From: a virus
Virus record (IMG/VR): IMGVR_UViG_3300047551_002099
Span: 15,811 to 79,810 of that record
Length of the DNA: 64,000 bases
Strand: one strand, 5' to 3'
Of the stretch, positions 30,158-45,100 are shown piece after piece. The first letter of the stretch is position 1, and every line of letters begins with the position of its first letter. Made by a program: the position numbers and the translations under genes. The notes below the pieces were generated by a model. It did no database searches. It was not told the origin of the DNA and saw only the letters and a program-made list of their open reading frames with translations.

Positions 30158-33100
30158 ATGATTCAGTACGAAACCAGCGTTGACGGTCGTCTTAAGTTTA
30201 CACTCAACGACCAATATAGGGAGATAGCCCGTCAAGAGTCTGGTGGGAATATGTCGCTGCGGGGCACAACCAATAGGGAACAGAGTCCCTATGGTGTGGT
30301 CGCTTATAAGCACGACACCCGTAAGTATAGTGATTTCGTACAGGGATTAGAAAATCTGGATGTAATTCAGTTTGCTGCACCGTTTAACAACGTCCAGAAA
30401 AGTTTGTCTTCCCAGCCGAATATAGCTACCAACATACTTGAAAGTGCTTACGAAAACATTGGGTTAGTTCAGCGGATGTTCCCATCGGAAGTTGGGATGT
30501 TAATGCGTACAGGGAAGCTCAAGTCGTTGTTGCACGACCAAACCTACTTTAAAAGTACGGTGCAGCAACCCATTGGTTTTTACGACCAGCAGGAAACCGT
30601 TATAAAGAACCAATACCAAGCGTCCCGACACCAGAATAAAGATGGGTCTAACCCGTTGATTATTGGACATGACCCTTTAGAGCTGCAGCACGCCAAAAGT
30701 ACGGAAGGGTTATATTCTAAAGAGCGTTATCAGCAGATTAAAGAAGAGTTTGCGGCTAAAGGTTTAAAAGAGCCTGTTCCTACTGGTAAAGCGCAATTCA
30801 CTGGCGCGATGTTTACAGACTTAGCTGTTGGTGGGCTGTCTTTGAGTGGTTCCGGTGGGGTTCTTGGTCAGTATGAAGACTACTCCATTGGGTTTGAAAA
30901 CCCAACAATTGTTGATTGGATTAGCGAATTTAGAAAGACTGGTCTTGAGAAGGAATATTTTGTACGTGAATCAGAAGCCGCCCGCGGGGTTAAGGTCACT
31001 GGTAACTTGTCTATTTATGAAGAGCGCAACAAGCAACTTCGAGACGTTGCCGAAATTCTTAAAATCGTAGACCCCAAAGGTGAAAAGGGTCTAGCCCAAA
31101 TAACCGTTGGTAGTCCTTCAATGGACTGGAACGAGTTTGCCAGAGACTCTAGTTCTAAGGATGCCCGTCAGAAACAAAGCGTAGGCACATTTATTAAGTT
31201 GCTGCAAGAAACCGCTAAGTACGGCTCCAAGAACGTTTTGATTATGGACCCCAGCCGGATTAACATCCCGGAGAATGAACAGCGCCGGCTAAAACGAAGT
31301 ACATACATCGGAAAGTCCATTCGGGGTAAAGCGCAGCATAGCAACACGATGGGTATTACAATGCGGCCCATCACAGGTTTAACCCCAGAGCAAACAAAAC
31401 TACTTGAAGCCAAAGGGCTGTTGGAGAAAGCGAAGACCGGCGTCCATACGTTGAACGTAGGTAACGCCCGACCAACAGGTAACTACTCCATTAACCAGGA
31501 GATAATTATTGACATGAACAAAGCGGACGCTGCTACCCGCGCGGGCGCAGCTTTCATTGAAGCAAACATAGCCGCTAGTCATGTCGCGTTCTTACCCCGC
31601 CGGGATATCGCTAAAGAAGGAATTGCAGGCTCGATGCTGCAGCAGTTCTATATGCCCACTTTTAAAGACTCTCAAAAGAGTGGTTTTACCCAAGAGGGCC
31701 TGTTACCGAACATGCCCTTATCTATGCCCCAGTCGTTCTTCCGATACTTCAAACCAGGGACTAGAACTCATATCTATAGCGACCGGTATCGAGCGCTAAC
31801 TGGAAAGTATGCTACAGGGCTCCAAGGGGATGTGCTACGGGAGTTAGACGCTAAGTTAAGCGACCCTGGGCCTGGAAATCAGATTAACTACTTCCTGCGG
31901 CAGCGTGACTTATACGAGCCAGGCAAAGGCATAATCGGGACAGCTGCTGCCACGGTTGGTCGGTTTATTGATACAGCTACTGGTTTTTATACCATGCAGG
32001 CCATCAAGGCGCGGGAGTCTGGTCAGTTAGGGGGTTCGTTAAGAGAGCTATACGAAAAACGCCAGTACGACCCTTACGACCAAACAGAAAACCGTGGGTT
32101 CTTTGAAAACTTATTGACTAAGACAGCTGGGACGTTATCTGCCACGACGACGGCTATGGCGGCTTACTTTGGGGTAACCCATGCTTACACCATGGCGCGG
32201 GCTCAGATCGAGCAGGTCGGTGTGGATTATGTACTGGAGTCTATTGCTAGAGGGCACACAGAAGGAGTCAAGAGTTTATTTATTACCCAATTACTAGACC
32301 CATCGCACCAGGAATTAATCCTAGGCGCTAGCACTATTTATAACGCCGATATTCCCCACCTGACGGTGCGTAATACCGGTACAGCTATGGAAGCTTACTT
32401 CAATTTAACTGTTAACCGAAGCTTACAAGCATTACAACATACACAATATGCAGGAATAATCACTGACGAGATGATTGAAGCTGTAGCTTCTAGTGACACC
32501 TTCGGTGACTTTGTCATAACTGATAGTAATGTCACTCGGCTCAACAGCCAAATTATGGGGGATTCTTTTGAAGCGGTTATGGACCCCACCAGCAATAAGC
32601 GGACGATGGCAGCAGTGGTGACTCGTAAGTTGAGTCAGAAACTGGCTGCTTTACCGGAGGGTGCGGTTATTAGCGAAAGTACTATCACGCCTTTGATTGA
32701 TGACATCTATAAAGAGATGGGTATCGACCGGCAGTCTGGTTTGATTGATTTGGGGCGGGGTACAGATAGCCTTGACATTAAACGGGGAACTCAACCCGCT
32801 GGCTTTAGTAATCTAGCTGGTGTGCGCCGAATGGACTCTAGCAACCTGCAGCACATGTTTCTGCCCTTGCTAGATGACATGGTCTTTGACAAGGGTGCTA
32901 AGAAATATCAATCAGCCAAACAGAACTTACTACGGCTGGCTCAGTCAACCCCTGCGTTGACTTATAAGAATACTGCCAATAACATCGCCGCGGCGTCCGA
33001 CCTTCGTATTTATAACTATGGTTATGAGCGGATGCGTCAGCTGGCGGAAGTCTTTGACGAGTTAGCAACCCACCTACCTGCTAATCCGCTGATGTGGATT

Positions 33101-36100
33101 AAACCCATCCGGGAAGTGTTTGCTGGGTCTCCAACCACTGGTGCAACGACTGAGCAGACAATCGAGCACGGAGCTATTACAACGACTCGAGCTTCTTTTA
33201 AAGATTTGATTGGCCCTGGCTTTACCGGCTTAATTAATATCCAAGGTGAAATCGTCCGGGAAGTTGGTCGTTCAATGAAGGTTGGATTGACGCAACAGCT
33301 GAAAGATAAGTTTGAGCTTCTTCAGACCAGCCGTGCGGTTGAGCGAAGTGAGGCCGATTTAGTTAAGCAGGTCGCCCGGCACGGAGACGTTGAAAGCTTT
33401 ATTAATACTATTTGGGGTAATGACGTTGGGGATTCTATGTTCCTAGGTCATGTTAACCGTCAAAGACGTTATAACCAACTGCTGCGAAACCAACGTAAGG
33501 ACTACGACGAACTACTTAACGCTGATACAGCTAACCCAGCCTTTAGCGGTCTCCGCAAAGCGCTTCTAGGAGTCGGTACGGTCATGATTGTTGACCGGCT
33601 GTTTGACGCGTATGTTCTCCGCCCGCAGGGTGTTGATTACTTTGATTCAGTCATGTCTGATGTTATTGGTAGTCGCAGTCCTAAAGCTGGAAGCGAAGAA
33701 GATGCTAAGTGGCAGTCGTTATATGACACAGAATACAGTAATGCGATACCGAGTATTATTAAGTATCCCGCGGCGGCGGCTGGTTTTTTTGTTGGTGGTC
33801 ATTTATTACCCAGCTACGAAGCCACCGATAGCTTGGTCTATGAAGCAGTTAGTAAAAAGTATGGAGTTGCCGCGGTTAACACGCTTATGTCAGAAGCTGC
33901 TGGCGCTGCGTCGGATGATGTAGCAGATGCGCTCAGACTTTCTCCGAAGGTTATTAGAAGTAAGTTCGGTACAGCAGGGGCTTTGCTGGGTGCATCGGCG
34001 GCGTTGATTGGCTCCCAGTTAGCAGTTAACTACCTATCCGCTATCAGTAAGCCAGTCATCCGGGGATTAGATAATCTTTTCGGCGGGCGGTGGCGTGAAG
34101 AAGAATCCGGTCTAGATGTTGACCCAGTTAAAGGAACTGCAGCGTCTGCCTTAGCAAATATCGTGCAGTATAGCGTCCAACGTCAGAGCGTTAACTATCA
34201 GAAAGGTTGGGGTGCCACAGCCGAAGATAAGACTGATGTTTATCTGTTAAACCTAGCGGCGCAAGGCTTGATGCAGTCGCGGTCAAAGCCAACGCAGATG
34301 TTCTACCCATTTGCAACGCAGATTGCATCACCATTCTTCCAGTTTGCGACGGTCGCAAAGGTTGACCCTGGAAAGAACATTATTCAACTTAACACGGGTT
34401 TCCAACTGTTCCCTTTGTTGGGAGCCGGCTTAATGCTACCGTCTCCAATTACGCCGAAGGTTCAATACACCGCTCCTTTAAGTAACCGAGCGATTGCTAA
34501 CTATCTGAAGAACTACCCAGAGGGTATTATTATGCCGGGCCAGCCCAGTACCATGGCCCAACATCAAGAGACCGAAGCTTTTGTCAATATGCAAGAGCTT
34601 AGTAAAACAGGCTCGATGCTTTTGGGTGGGGGTGTTAACCTATCCTTTGACGGCAAGCCTTTGGTATATATGGCGATGCTCGGCGCTGCTAGTGAGTTTG
34701 CTAAGAGCGGGGTAGACCGATTCTTAGCTTATAAAGCAGAAGAGCAGAAATGGTTATACGAAAAACGACAGCCCCTATACCGGGAATTACAGAATTACGA
34801 GACGTTATTTCACGCGGGCAGAGTTGGTCTGGATACCTTAGATAGAGTGTCCCGGGCTGCCTACTCTCTGTCAGTGATTATGCCTAACTACCTAGCTAAA
34901 GCGGGCTCAGCATTCTTAGGGGCGTCCGGTGGTACGATGCACCAGCTCGGCCCGTTTGCCCGGAAAGCCGCGCCCTTTGCTTTAGCATTTGGTCTGCTAG
35001 GTGCTTCTTTCCGTCTTAATGATAAGGCTATGGAGTCAGAGCTACCTAATTACAGTCGTCTGCAAACTATGTTTAAGCAGAAGCAGTACGAAGGGCTGAC
35101 CCATGAAATGATTAAAGCAGACGCTATTAATATCGGTCAGGTCTTCGTCGGAACTGGTTTATTAGGAACGACTATTCTATCGACGGGGGCCTTTGAGTCA
35201 GCGCGTAGTTTTGGTAACGCTTACAACATTGTTGAAGCAGGCGGGCCATCGACTTACATTCAGCGGCAGAAACACAAACTCTACAGCATGTGGTTGGAGC
35301 ACCTTCAAAATCAAGGCGAAGTGTTAATGCCTAGCTTAGAAGGACAAACAGTAACGTCGTTAAGTAAACGCTCTGTCGCAACAGCAGAACAAGCATTAGG
35401 GGTTTACGGAGAGATTAATCAAGCAGTGGGTAGAGCTGGGCAGATGCAGCGCCGGCACTTAATGAAAGCTGCTAGTCAAATAGACTTACCTTTAATCAGA
35501 ACTGCTCCGACCCGTTTGGCTATGGCTGCTCGCCGGGTAGCGCCGGTAATGGTAGGGGCATTAGCCGTCGCTCAGGTACTAGCGACAACAGAAGGTTTTA
35601 AAGATTCACCTTGGTTATCCTTACTGAAGAACTTTACCAGTACCGGTTCTAGCGAGTATTCCAGTGAGCAGCGGGCGATGCTGACTAAACTTGGCATCAA
35701 CCAACCCCGTTACCAGCCGAAAAACCTGGGAGACGCGTTTAACAACGTTAGGGATTATGTTGTTAGCTCAGCTTTGTTACCTTTTGGCGGGAATACTTTT
35801 GGGGTTTACCAAGACAATCCTAACCCCTTTAGTCCCATTATCGGGCCGTTGGGATTGTCCTTAGGTTCAGAAGATGAAGCGCGGGTTTATAGTCAATCTC
35901 AATCTGTAGCAGCTGATATTAGCGGCTCTTTATATTTAATGCCGGCGATGACTAATGAGTTGGCTAACGCCATGAACCTTGGCCCGCTGCTTAGCTACGC
36001 GAAGAAATTAGAGAAGCGACCCGGCGCGGCTAGCTTAGCTAAAGCTTTAATCCGGGGTGCTGGTTTACGAACAAAGGCTGCTAAGTTTAAAGGCGGACCC

Positions 36101-39100
36101 AGCCAAAGTGACATGCAAGCGGTGTCCAGCCCAGAGCTGCAAATGGCATTAACCAGACGTTATGACCGTCTGCGGAACTTGTCTTGGCAGACTTCCGGTG
36201 AGTTAATGATGGATGTAATCGGTGAGTTCCAGCGGTCAGGACGGATTATTAGTGATTACCGAGATGGACGAATTGACGGAACGCCTCTGAACAAAACGAC
36301 GGCAGCCGACACTATGATCTACGATACGTTAGGAAAAATGCGTATCGTTCCGATTGGGTCTGACGGGTCGTTCCGTCTACCGAAGAAGACAACAGAGCGG
36401 GACTTGCTGAAGTTTATCAGGACAATGACCGCGCAAGGAGCTGGCTTTGGTGAAGGTGTTCGTCTAGAAGCATCGGAAGACCCAGCGGATATCATGTACG
36501 GACGTAGTCAAGACCGGGGCGGTATTCCTGTTCTAAGTTACTTTGGTGGATTGTTCAACTACGCTTTCAATAGTTTTTACGATAAAGACACTGACCTTTT
36601 AACTCCTGATTCTAGTAATATTGTCGGCGCTACGTTAATGGCTGGTTCCGCGCTAGTGTTGGGCGCATCGTTTATTGGAACTTCAGTTTCAACCGTGATT
36701 CAATTGGCTGGGTCTTTAGCCGCGTTGTCAGAGTACGGCACTATTAGCGATGCTAAGACTAGCGTTAGAGACTTACGGATGTCCGTGGTCAAGAAGCTTA
36801 AACAAAGCTCCTTTGCGTTGAGCAGTGGGGGAGGGCCAGCTATCATTCGCCCGCGGGCACATGGGTATAGCCGGGTGTTAACTCCAGCCCATGATATTGC
36901 TGAAGAAACGCTTGAGCAAATTAACCTTAAGTTTACGGGTAATACAGCGTTCAATAGATACACCAGTGGTAACGCGCTGGAAACAATCGTCACTGAAGAG
37001 TTTGGTAATGTCTCCCGTAAGTTAGCCAACCAGTACTCTACTGTAGAGTCCCTAAGCGACTTTATTGTTCAAGAAGTAGACGTTCTGAACGCCCAACTGG
37101 GCGACCAACTTAACGTCGTTGTGGGTGGTGAATCGAAGAGCATCGCTAGCATCTTCACTCCAGGCAGTGAAGCAATCCAAGGAATTGACTCAAAAGCCTT
37201 GACAGAAATAAACCAGATTTTGGTTAGCGGTAAACATAAACAAACTCAGGCCCTGGAAATCGAACGTGTGTTATTAAACTCGTTCCACCGTAACTTGGGT
37301 TTAATTACCGCTGAAGGACAGTTTGTTAACGATGGTAAGCTTCCTGCGCACCAGCAGAGTGCTAAGACTCAGTACGCAAAAGAAGCAGCTAAACAAGCGG
37401 TTGAGCAACAAGCTGCTGCTTTGACTGGCGAAGTAACCCCGACTTATGACCCGTCGATAGGCTTCCTACGCTCGAAGATTCAAGAAAAAGGTTATAGCGG
37501 TTTGATAGCGGAAGGAACCGGCGGGGCTTTACGGGCAGCCGGTGAGTTAATCAACCTTAAAGCGTATTACGAAGTTCTATCCTATACAGCAGCAATGGGA
37601 ACGACTGACCAGTTTGAGCGGCGCCGGGCGAGTCAAGCGGCGGCACAAAACACCGTTCAAGCCTTTGGTTTGATTATCCCCATGCAGTATGCGTTAGGTG
37701 CTGTCCGAAGACATCCGGCTATTGCAATGACTGTTGCCTTAGGCGCAGCGGTTGCCGGTGGGGTTGCGTTACAGAACAAAGGGTTCCGCCGCTTCTTGGA
37801 AAAAACTACTCGCCCGGTTTTCTCTTTCTTAGATACTTACGCTTATAAACCAGCGGTACAAGGTTTAGCTGGTATGTACGAAGGGCTTGCTAAGTTTACT
37901 CCGCTACCCCAACTACTTCGTCCAGTTACGGCTATATTTGACCCTATCTTCAGCGGTATGCGGCGGGCTGTGCAAGACGACCCGGCGCTAAGTATGCTGG
38001 CTAACTTCTTTGTACCAGAAGGGGTAGAAGACTTTTACCGCCGTAACGCGCTTTTAAAGACTCGGATGACGCCTTGGGGTGACTCCTACGAGATGTACTC
38101 TAAGGCAGAGGTAGGCCAGTACCGAGCAGCGCGGTTAACAGCTAAGCGTAGACGGGCTCGTACCGCTCAAGCTGGAATTGATGAAGACTTACTCCATCCG
38201 TTTTTAATGGGGCGGTCGGCGGATGTCCAATCCATTTCGTTGTTTGAAGAGCGGTACCTAGGCGGCGACGGGCGGATTATGGAGCAATTCCAAACGGAGC
38301 GCTTAACCAGCAATTTAATGATGATGGCTATCCGCCGCCGTCAGGGCCTGGTTGACCAACATGTTGGAGGTAGTTACATGCGTCAGCCTTACTATAAAGA
38401 GAATGTTCACCATCACTTCGCTACGGTTGCTGCTTTAGGAACATACAGCTACGCCCAGACGGGTGACGTCTTCTCCGCACCGGTTAACCAGGCAACGCGT
38501 GGACTAGAAAAATTGTATAACCTACATGCTGAAATAATGAATCGGTTAGGCCCAGAGGCCGGGCCTATTATTAAACGCACGCTAGCCGGGGCTGCCCTTG
38601 GTTACTTAGCCGGGGCCCAGTTTAGTCATTTTGGTGAGACGGAAGATGAACGCCGGCGTAACGCTGCCATCGGTGGACTTGCTGGTAGCGCTATTGGTGG
38701 CAGTACCACGTTATTCCTAGGCCCCCACTTTGCCGCGCGAACGGAGTATATACTAAGCCGACTAGGGCGTAATCCTTTCTTTAGAGGTATTGCTGGAAAA
38801 GCTGTGGCTTTTGGTAGTGCGGTCGGTAACGTAGCTAAAGCAACCTTCAAAGGTTTAGGGGCTTTTGCTAACAAATCTTTCCCTTACGCTAGTTTCTGGG
38901 GGTTATCTACAGCTGCGACTTACAGCAATTATGACGCTGCTGTAAATTGGGTGGATGGCGAAGACCCCGCGAAGAAACATCCTTTATATAATCCTTGGGT
39001 TAAGTTAGGTATCTCGACTGGGGTTGGAGCGGTGGTAACTTTAGCTGGTTACGGCGCTGCTGGAAGTCAGTTTACTTCAGGGGCCTTAGCGGCTGGTATT

Positions 39101-42100
39101 GGTAAATCAGCAGCCGCTTTGGGCACAGCCGGAGGGTACGGAGCTAACTGGTTGTTGTCTTCGTTCTTAATCAACTTTATGTTGAGCAACCCTTATACTG
39201 GGGCGGCCCCCAGAGCGTTGGCTAAAACGATTTATGACCGTTTTGGTTTAGGTAGAGATGAAGACTTTGGGAACTTCTATAACACCGGTGTTCTAACTTC
39301 AGCCGCGGTAGTTGGTAGTGTAACTCCTTGGCTATCCCAGAAAACCCACGAAGATTATATAACTAGACTGCAAAGACAGCTGGGTTATACAGACGTTGAC
39401 GCTGACGGTCGGGCTCAAAGAGCAGTTGCTGAATTGGATGAACTAAAACGAGTACTTGCTGCGGTAGAAGGAACCAGCGGTGCTGTGGTTGCAGCCAGCC
39501 CAGAAAGTAAACTACAGCAGTTAGGTATAGCTCCACTGGTTGGCCCTTATAACCACGAATACGTTGATGAGGTAATTCAACAAGGTATTGCTGAGAAGCG
39601 TGGTCGGATGTCTTTAGTGGAATCGCTTATCGATGCTCAAGTCCAGCGGGGCTTCTTACATAACACTTTGCGTAGCACTAAAGGTATTCTTAAAGCAACA
39701 GGGCATATCGGAACGTTGGGTTTTGGTTACGTTCTGAAAGGTTTAGCAAAGACTCGTAGGAACTTGGGTCTTGGATTTACAATAATGGGCGCCGGTACAG
39801 CTGGTGGCTATCTATTCAGCCAGCTTACTGCTAATGATACTGATAGCGGGGCTCAATTAGAAACAACAGTTAGTACTTTAGGTGGGACTTATATTGCAGC
39901 AGGATTATACGGAGCCTTTGGTCGCCACCCAGACCAAGTAGACGTGGCAGGAACTCAAGTTATTCAGAGGTTAACCAACTGGTATACTCAGAAGTTCGGC
40001 GCAGGGCCTGATGCACCAAGATACCAACCGTTTAGAGCGGCATGGCGAAGCTTACCTAGAAAGTTCCGTCGCAATACGAGGTATAACTTTAATCGTGGGT
40101 GGACTTGGCTCAAAGAGCGATTCAGAGACCCCCGGAGCAGCGAAGCTTTCCCTGATGGGTTTACCTTTGGTCGGTCTAACTTTGGACAGCAGTTTATGCA
40201 ACTCAAGGATAAGGCCCTGCCCGTTGCTGCGTTTTCGATTGACGTGCTTAACCTCTACACCAGCACAAGCCAGATTAATAACCTAAAATATGCTCGCTCC
40301 CAAGCCGATTTTATGAAGGCCTATAGCAGCTACAGCTCGGTGGTTGCTACGACAACGTTTACATCGTTAATGTCACTCTTTGCACGGAACGCGTCGTTTA
40401 GTTCGTTTGCGATGTCAACTTTACAGATGTCCCAAATAAGCTACGCCGCTGGTATGCGTCGTTCGGATTACGAGTACGCTAATGCGGTGGACGACCCCAC
40501 AGCATTCCAAGCAGATAAGCAGAAAGACTTTCTTATGGCCGGGGGAGTCGCCGGATTGTCTTTAGTATCCGCTGCAACTAGTTACGCTAGAGCCGGTAAT
40601 CAACTACCTTTCCAGAGTAGAATTGCGGCGACGTTGGGTAGACGGGTACCGTTTGTTTTACAAGGGGGAAGCAAGTTTGCTGCAATTGCTGACTTTGCCG
40701 CGCTACCAGTGGCTCAGACAGCTGTGACCGGTTACGAAATCCAGCGGATTGCTAGCGACCGCAATCAGAAGTTTGGTTATAGTACGAACGTCGCAACAGA
40801 CGCCGCACGAAATCAAGTTGACCTTTGGGCAGCGTTTCTGTTTTCTGTGAGCGCAATGGCTTTGTCTCGTCGACCAACTACTAACTCGGGGTTATGGTTT
40901 GGTAAGGTCATTCCTGGTCTTACCACTGGGGGTGTCGCCTTAGCTAAAGACGCCTTTGTACCCAGGCTTCAATACAAACTTACGGAACGATTCAGAGAAG
41001 CGGGGATTACCAATACCTATGCTCAAAACGTAATTACGCGTAAAGCAGCCAAGAGCGCCAGTGATAACTACTGGCTGACGCTAGGGTTAAGCACTGCTGC
41101 CGCAGGTGCAATCTTTGTTCTAAGCAGAGGCCGGGCTAGCAAGCCAATGCTACTTTCGTTGCCGGCTGTAACAACAAGCGGTGTTGCATTGTATAACTAC
41201 GAAAGCACCTTAAGTTCAGAAATAGAAAAGCGTAAAGCTGCTGGTTTGGGTGGGCTTACTAAAGACGATATGGTTGCCTATCGGGAATGGCAACAATCCG
41301 GTGCTATTATCCCTGAAGCGTGGAAAGACAGTAATCAGTATCGTAACTGGATGATCCACCGTAAAGACCAACAGCGCCGTTGGGATAACTTTTCAGCAAA
41401 CTTCTTCAAATCGAACCGGTCGTTCGAGGGTCTGGGTACACAGCGGATTCAGAATGATTGGATGATTTCAAAAGATGTGTTGCGGGCTAACGCTGAAAAA
41501 ATGCACTCCAAAGCCTTAGGTAAGTATGAGTCTAACCCTTGGGCTACTGGTAGCGCTGTTGCCGGTGGTGGGGTGTTACTTGGGATGATGCTCCGCGCCC
41601 AACCCCATAGAATGGATGGTTTGGCTGTTGGGGAGAGCTTCTTAGATAAGAAGCATATTGGAAAGTTAGCTAAGTTCGGTATAGGGGAGTTAATACTACC
41701 AGCGGTAGCAGTAGCACGTAAACTTTCTACGGATGCTGAAATTAGAAAATTAGCGACTCGGTCGCTGTCACCAGATGTCGATGGGGAGATTCAATTCGCC
41801 CGGGCGTCAGCGGATATTTCTAGAATGCGGGACGTTGTTTGGCAGGAAACCTTACTGGCACAGATGCCCCTTGGCGGCCAGAGCTTGTTAGGGCGGGTAA
41901 CCCGACACGCTGTTGCACATGGTATTGGCAAGGTTATCTTTGACTTTAATCTCAACCCAATGCTCTTGGACTTAGAGCAGAAGGAAATGTTGAAGTACGT
42001 TAGAGAGTCAAGAGATAAAAATCTACTAACAACAGAAAGAATGCAGCGGGCATTGAAGGCTCAAGCAAACACTAATGCTGGCACTATCCCGGCGTTGGGC

Positions 42101-45100
42101 CTAACAGCACTACAAATGATCGCTACAGGACGAACCAACCCGATGCTACTGATAACTGGGTTTAAAGATTCTGTGCTCACCTACGTTGGTGTTAAAACAG
42201 CTTTACAGTCTGCCATTGGTAAGAAGCGCGCGGTGAATGTTTTACTCAACAAAGGCAATACTGTTACAGGTGCTGTACCTGATCCGACAGGAGCGTCTAA
42301 CATTCGCGCTGCTGGTGTTAGTAAAGAAGACGAAGAAAGTAATATCGTCAGTGACTACTTTACTAACCAGTTTATGCTGACTACAGCCCTGCCCAGACTG
42401 GTGCCGACGTTGGTTGGAGCAGGGTTGTCGATGTGGCTTAACCGGCGGGCTTGGAAACATATGAAGGGTGCTACAGCAAAAGAGGCTCCTAAAGTTGAAG
42501 TTGTAGAACCTACTCAGTTACCCGTAGAGCCTGAAATTGTAACGCCTAAACCCCCGGGTGGAACAGCTAGCAAAACGATAACTACGACTGTACATGGTGA
42601 GCCTGGTGTCACTGTTGGGCCTAGTGAACCATTAAAACCCGTTAGTACTGAAGCAGTAGTCGAGCCTGTGAAACCGGTTCAACCTACGCCTCCAGCGCCC
42701 ACCGCCAGTCCTAAACCACCGCAAATAACACCTACGGTTGAGCCAGTCGTTTCTGCTGAGCCGCCGCCGGTCGCTAGCAGACAGGTTATTAGTAAAGTAA
42801 ATCCTGACGTAATTACGTCTTCGGGTGAATCTGGTTCGGTTGGCTTGGAAGAGCAAACACAAAATCTTTTGAACCAATTGAGGCAACAAGACTCTAACCC
42901 TACTGGAATTAATAAATCTAAAGCTGCTCTTAACACAATTAATAACACACCGGTAGAGACAAGACAAACTGTGGCTCAAGTGACTATACAACGAAGCGTC
43001 CACAGCACCGAAATGGATTCTTTCATATTAGACACGCCTGACCAAACTAAAATAGAAAAGCTTGTCAATCAAATGCGGCAAGTGCAGACGGCGTTTAATT
43101 CCCTTTCTGGACAGCTAGAACCAGTTATAAGACAAAAGACTGGAAAAGATGCTGCTCAAGGAGTCATAGATGTTTGGCAAAAACGAATTGACCAGCTCGT
43201 TGAAAAAATTAGCGCTAGCACTACCAATTATGACGCGCTTACTACATATTCCCGCTTCTTAATTGAACTAGAAGGGTCGTTCTTTATGGAAGGCAACGAC
43301 CATTTTTCACCTTTACATCAAGGTAAAATTGGTGGGCCTGTCAGTGGTTTTGGTCAGGCGAATCTAGCTTTACTTCAATCCGCCTTAAAGGCTCCGTTTG
43401 TTCAATCTCAACAACTTGCTTTTGACTTATACGGCTTATCCCCAACGCAAGACTTTACCCCCGGCATGCCTATGCCAAATGATACTATGGGGCTATGGGT
43501 ATTTGGTTATGTGGAAGGTTCTGGAGTTGATGGGTCAGGCAAACGTGATGGGGGCGTTCGTTGGAATAGCGAAGCTGGAACGAGCAGTAATTTTGTTACC
43601 TTATTAAATAGAGGGTATCATATCAACTTGTATCCAATTATTCCCGCCGAAGTTGTGACGACTAAGCCAATATCAGCACCTGATATTAAGCCCGCTCGGC
43701 CAGGGCAAAGTCGTAGGCTAAAGCGTAATTATATCTCTCCGCGAGGAGTCAAGATTAATAAATATAGAGACCCTGACTCTTTTAGACAGCAACAAGCTTC
43801 AGAGGCACAATCTTTAAGCTCGGAGAAATTACAGGCCAATCGTTTAAACAGCGCATCGAGTGGTAGTGTTAATGCTAACTCTATTAATAAGACCTATTTA
43901 GAAACATATAAAGAGTCAAAACGGCAGGCCCTTTCAACTGCTAAAACATTTGTTTCTACTTTAAGCAACAACGAGCTTACTGATTTCATTGAAGATATGA
44001 AGTCTTCAGTTGAAGAACTTCGGTCTAAGGGACTTAGCAACCTCAGCTCTGACGAAGTAAACACCTATGGTCTATATAGCGGTAATCTTCAGGCTGCTCA
44101 ACTAGACCAGCGACGACGTCAACAATTGAAGCCAAAGTCTCAAGCTGTTGAAATATTTAAGCATATTAGAAATAGTGTTACACAGGATGCTTTTAATTAT
44201 GTAATCACTCTAAACGACAGTGATTTGGATTCTTTTATTGACGAGACTCAAGCTAAAGTGTCTCAGCTGCAGCAAAAAGGCTTTAATGCCTTTACGTTAG
44301 AAGAAGCAGCAGACTACGGTATGGAGGTTGGTAGGTTGCGTGTGGCTAAAGCTGCAAAAACTCATAGGTCTTTGGAAGACAATACTAGTTCTACTAAGTC
44401 AAGCAGTAAGCAAGTTATTAACAAAGTAACTAATCCTGAACCAACGCCTGCCCCTACTGTAACCACGCCGCCAGCCCCTGAGCCTATAGGGCCTGGTAAA
44501 ATTGAAACTGTTGCTTCAGCACCGGAGATTACACCTAAGCCTTTAGAACAACCTACTCCGCCAATGTTGATGGATATGGTCTACGGCAAGGCTAAAGAAA
44601 GCGTCACGGGCGTCATCAGCAAAGCTAAGGAGATTGGGCAACCCTTCGTGTCTAAAGTGGGTCAAGTCGCCCGGGGTACCGCCAACCAGGCTTGGGACGG
44701 CTGGACTATTTTCGACCGCTTAGAAGGTGTAGACGCCCGCTTTGGTAACCAAGGTATCGGCGGTGGTGCCGGTTTTTGGACTCGCTTTGGTCAAAGCGCT
44801 AAGTATGAACTCAGCGGTAGAGGGATTGTTGAAGGTGGTTTCGGGATTGGTCGGAACGCTCAAACTGGCAAGGTTGGTATCCAAGGCAAAGGCGGCGCGA
44901 TGGCAGTGGCTGGGATGGGGCTACAACTAGCCGACGACATCTTAACCTTAGACTGGAGCCGCAAGAACTTTGCGAAGTCGTTAGGTACGGTAGCGAAGAA
45001 CCAAGCGACGTCCTTGGCGGCTGGGGTGGCCTTCGGGTTGGCTACTGCTGGTCTGGGGGCCTTAGCGCTGTCTTCTGTCCCGGCGTTAGCGGCTTTAGGA

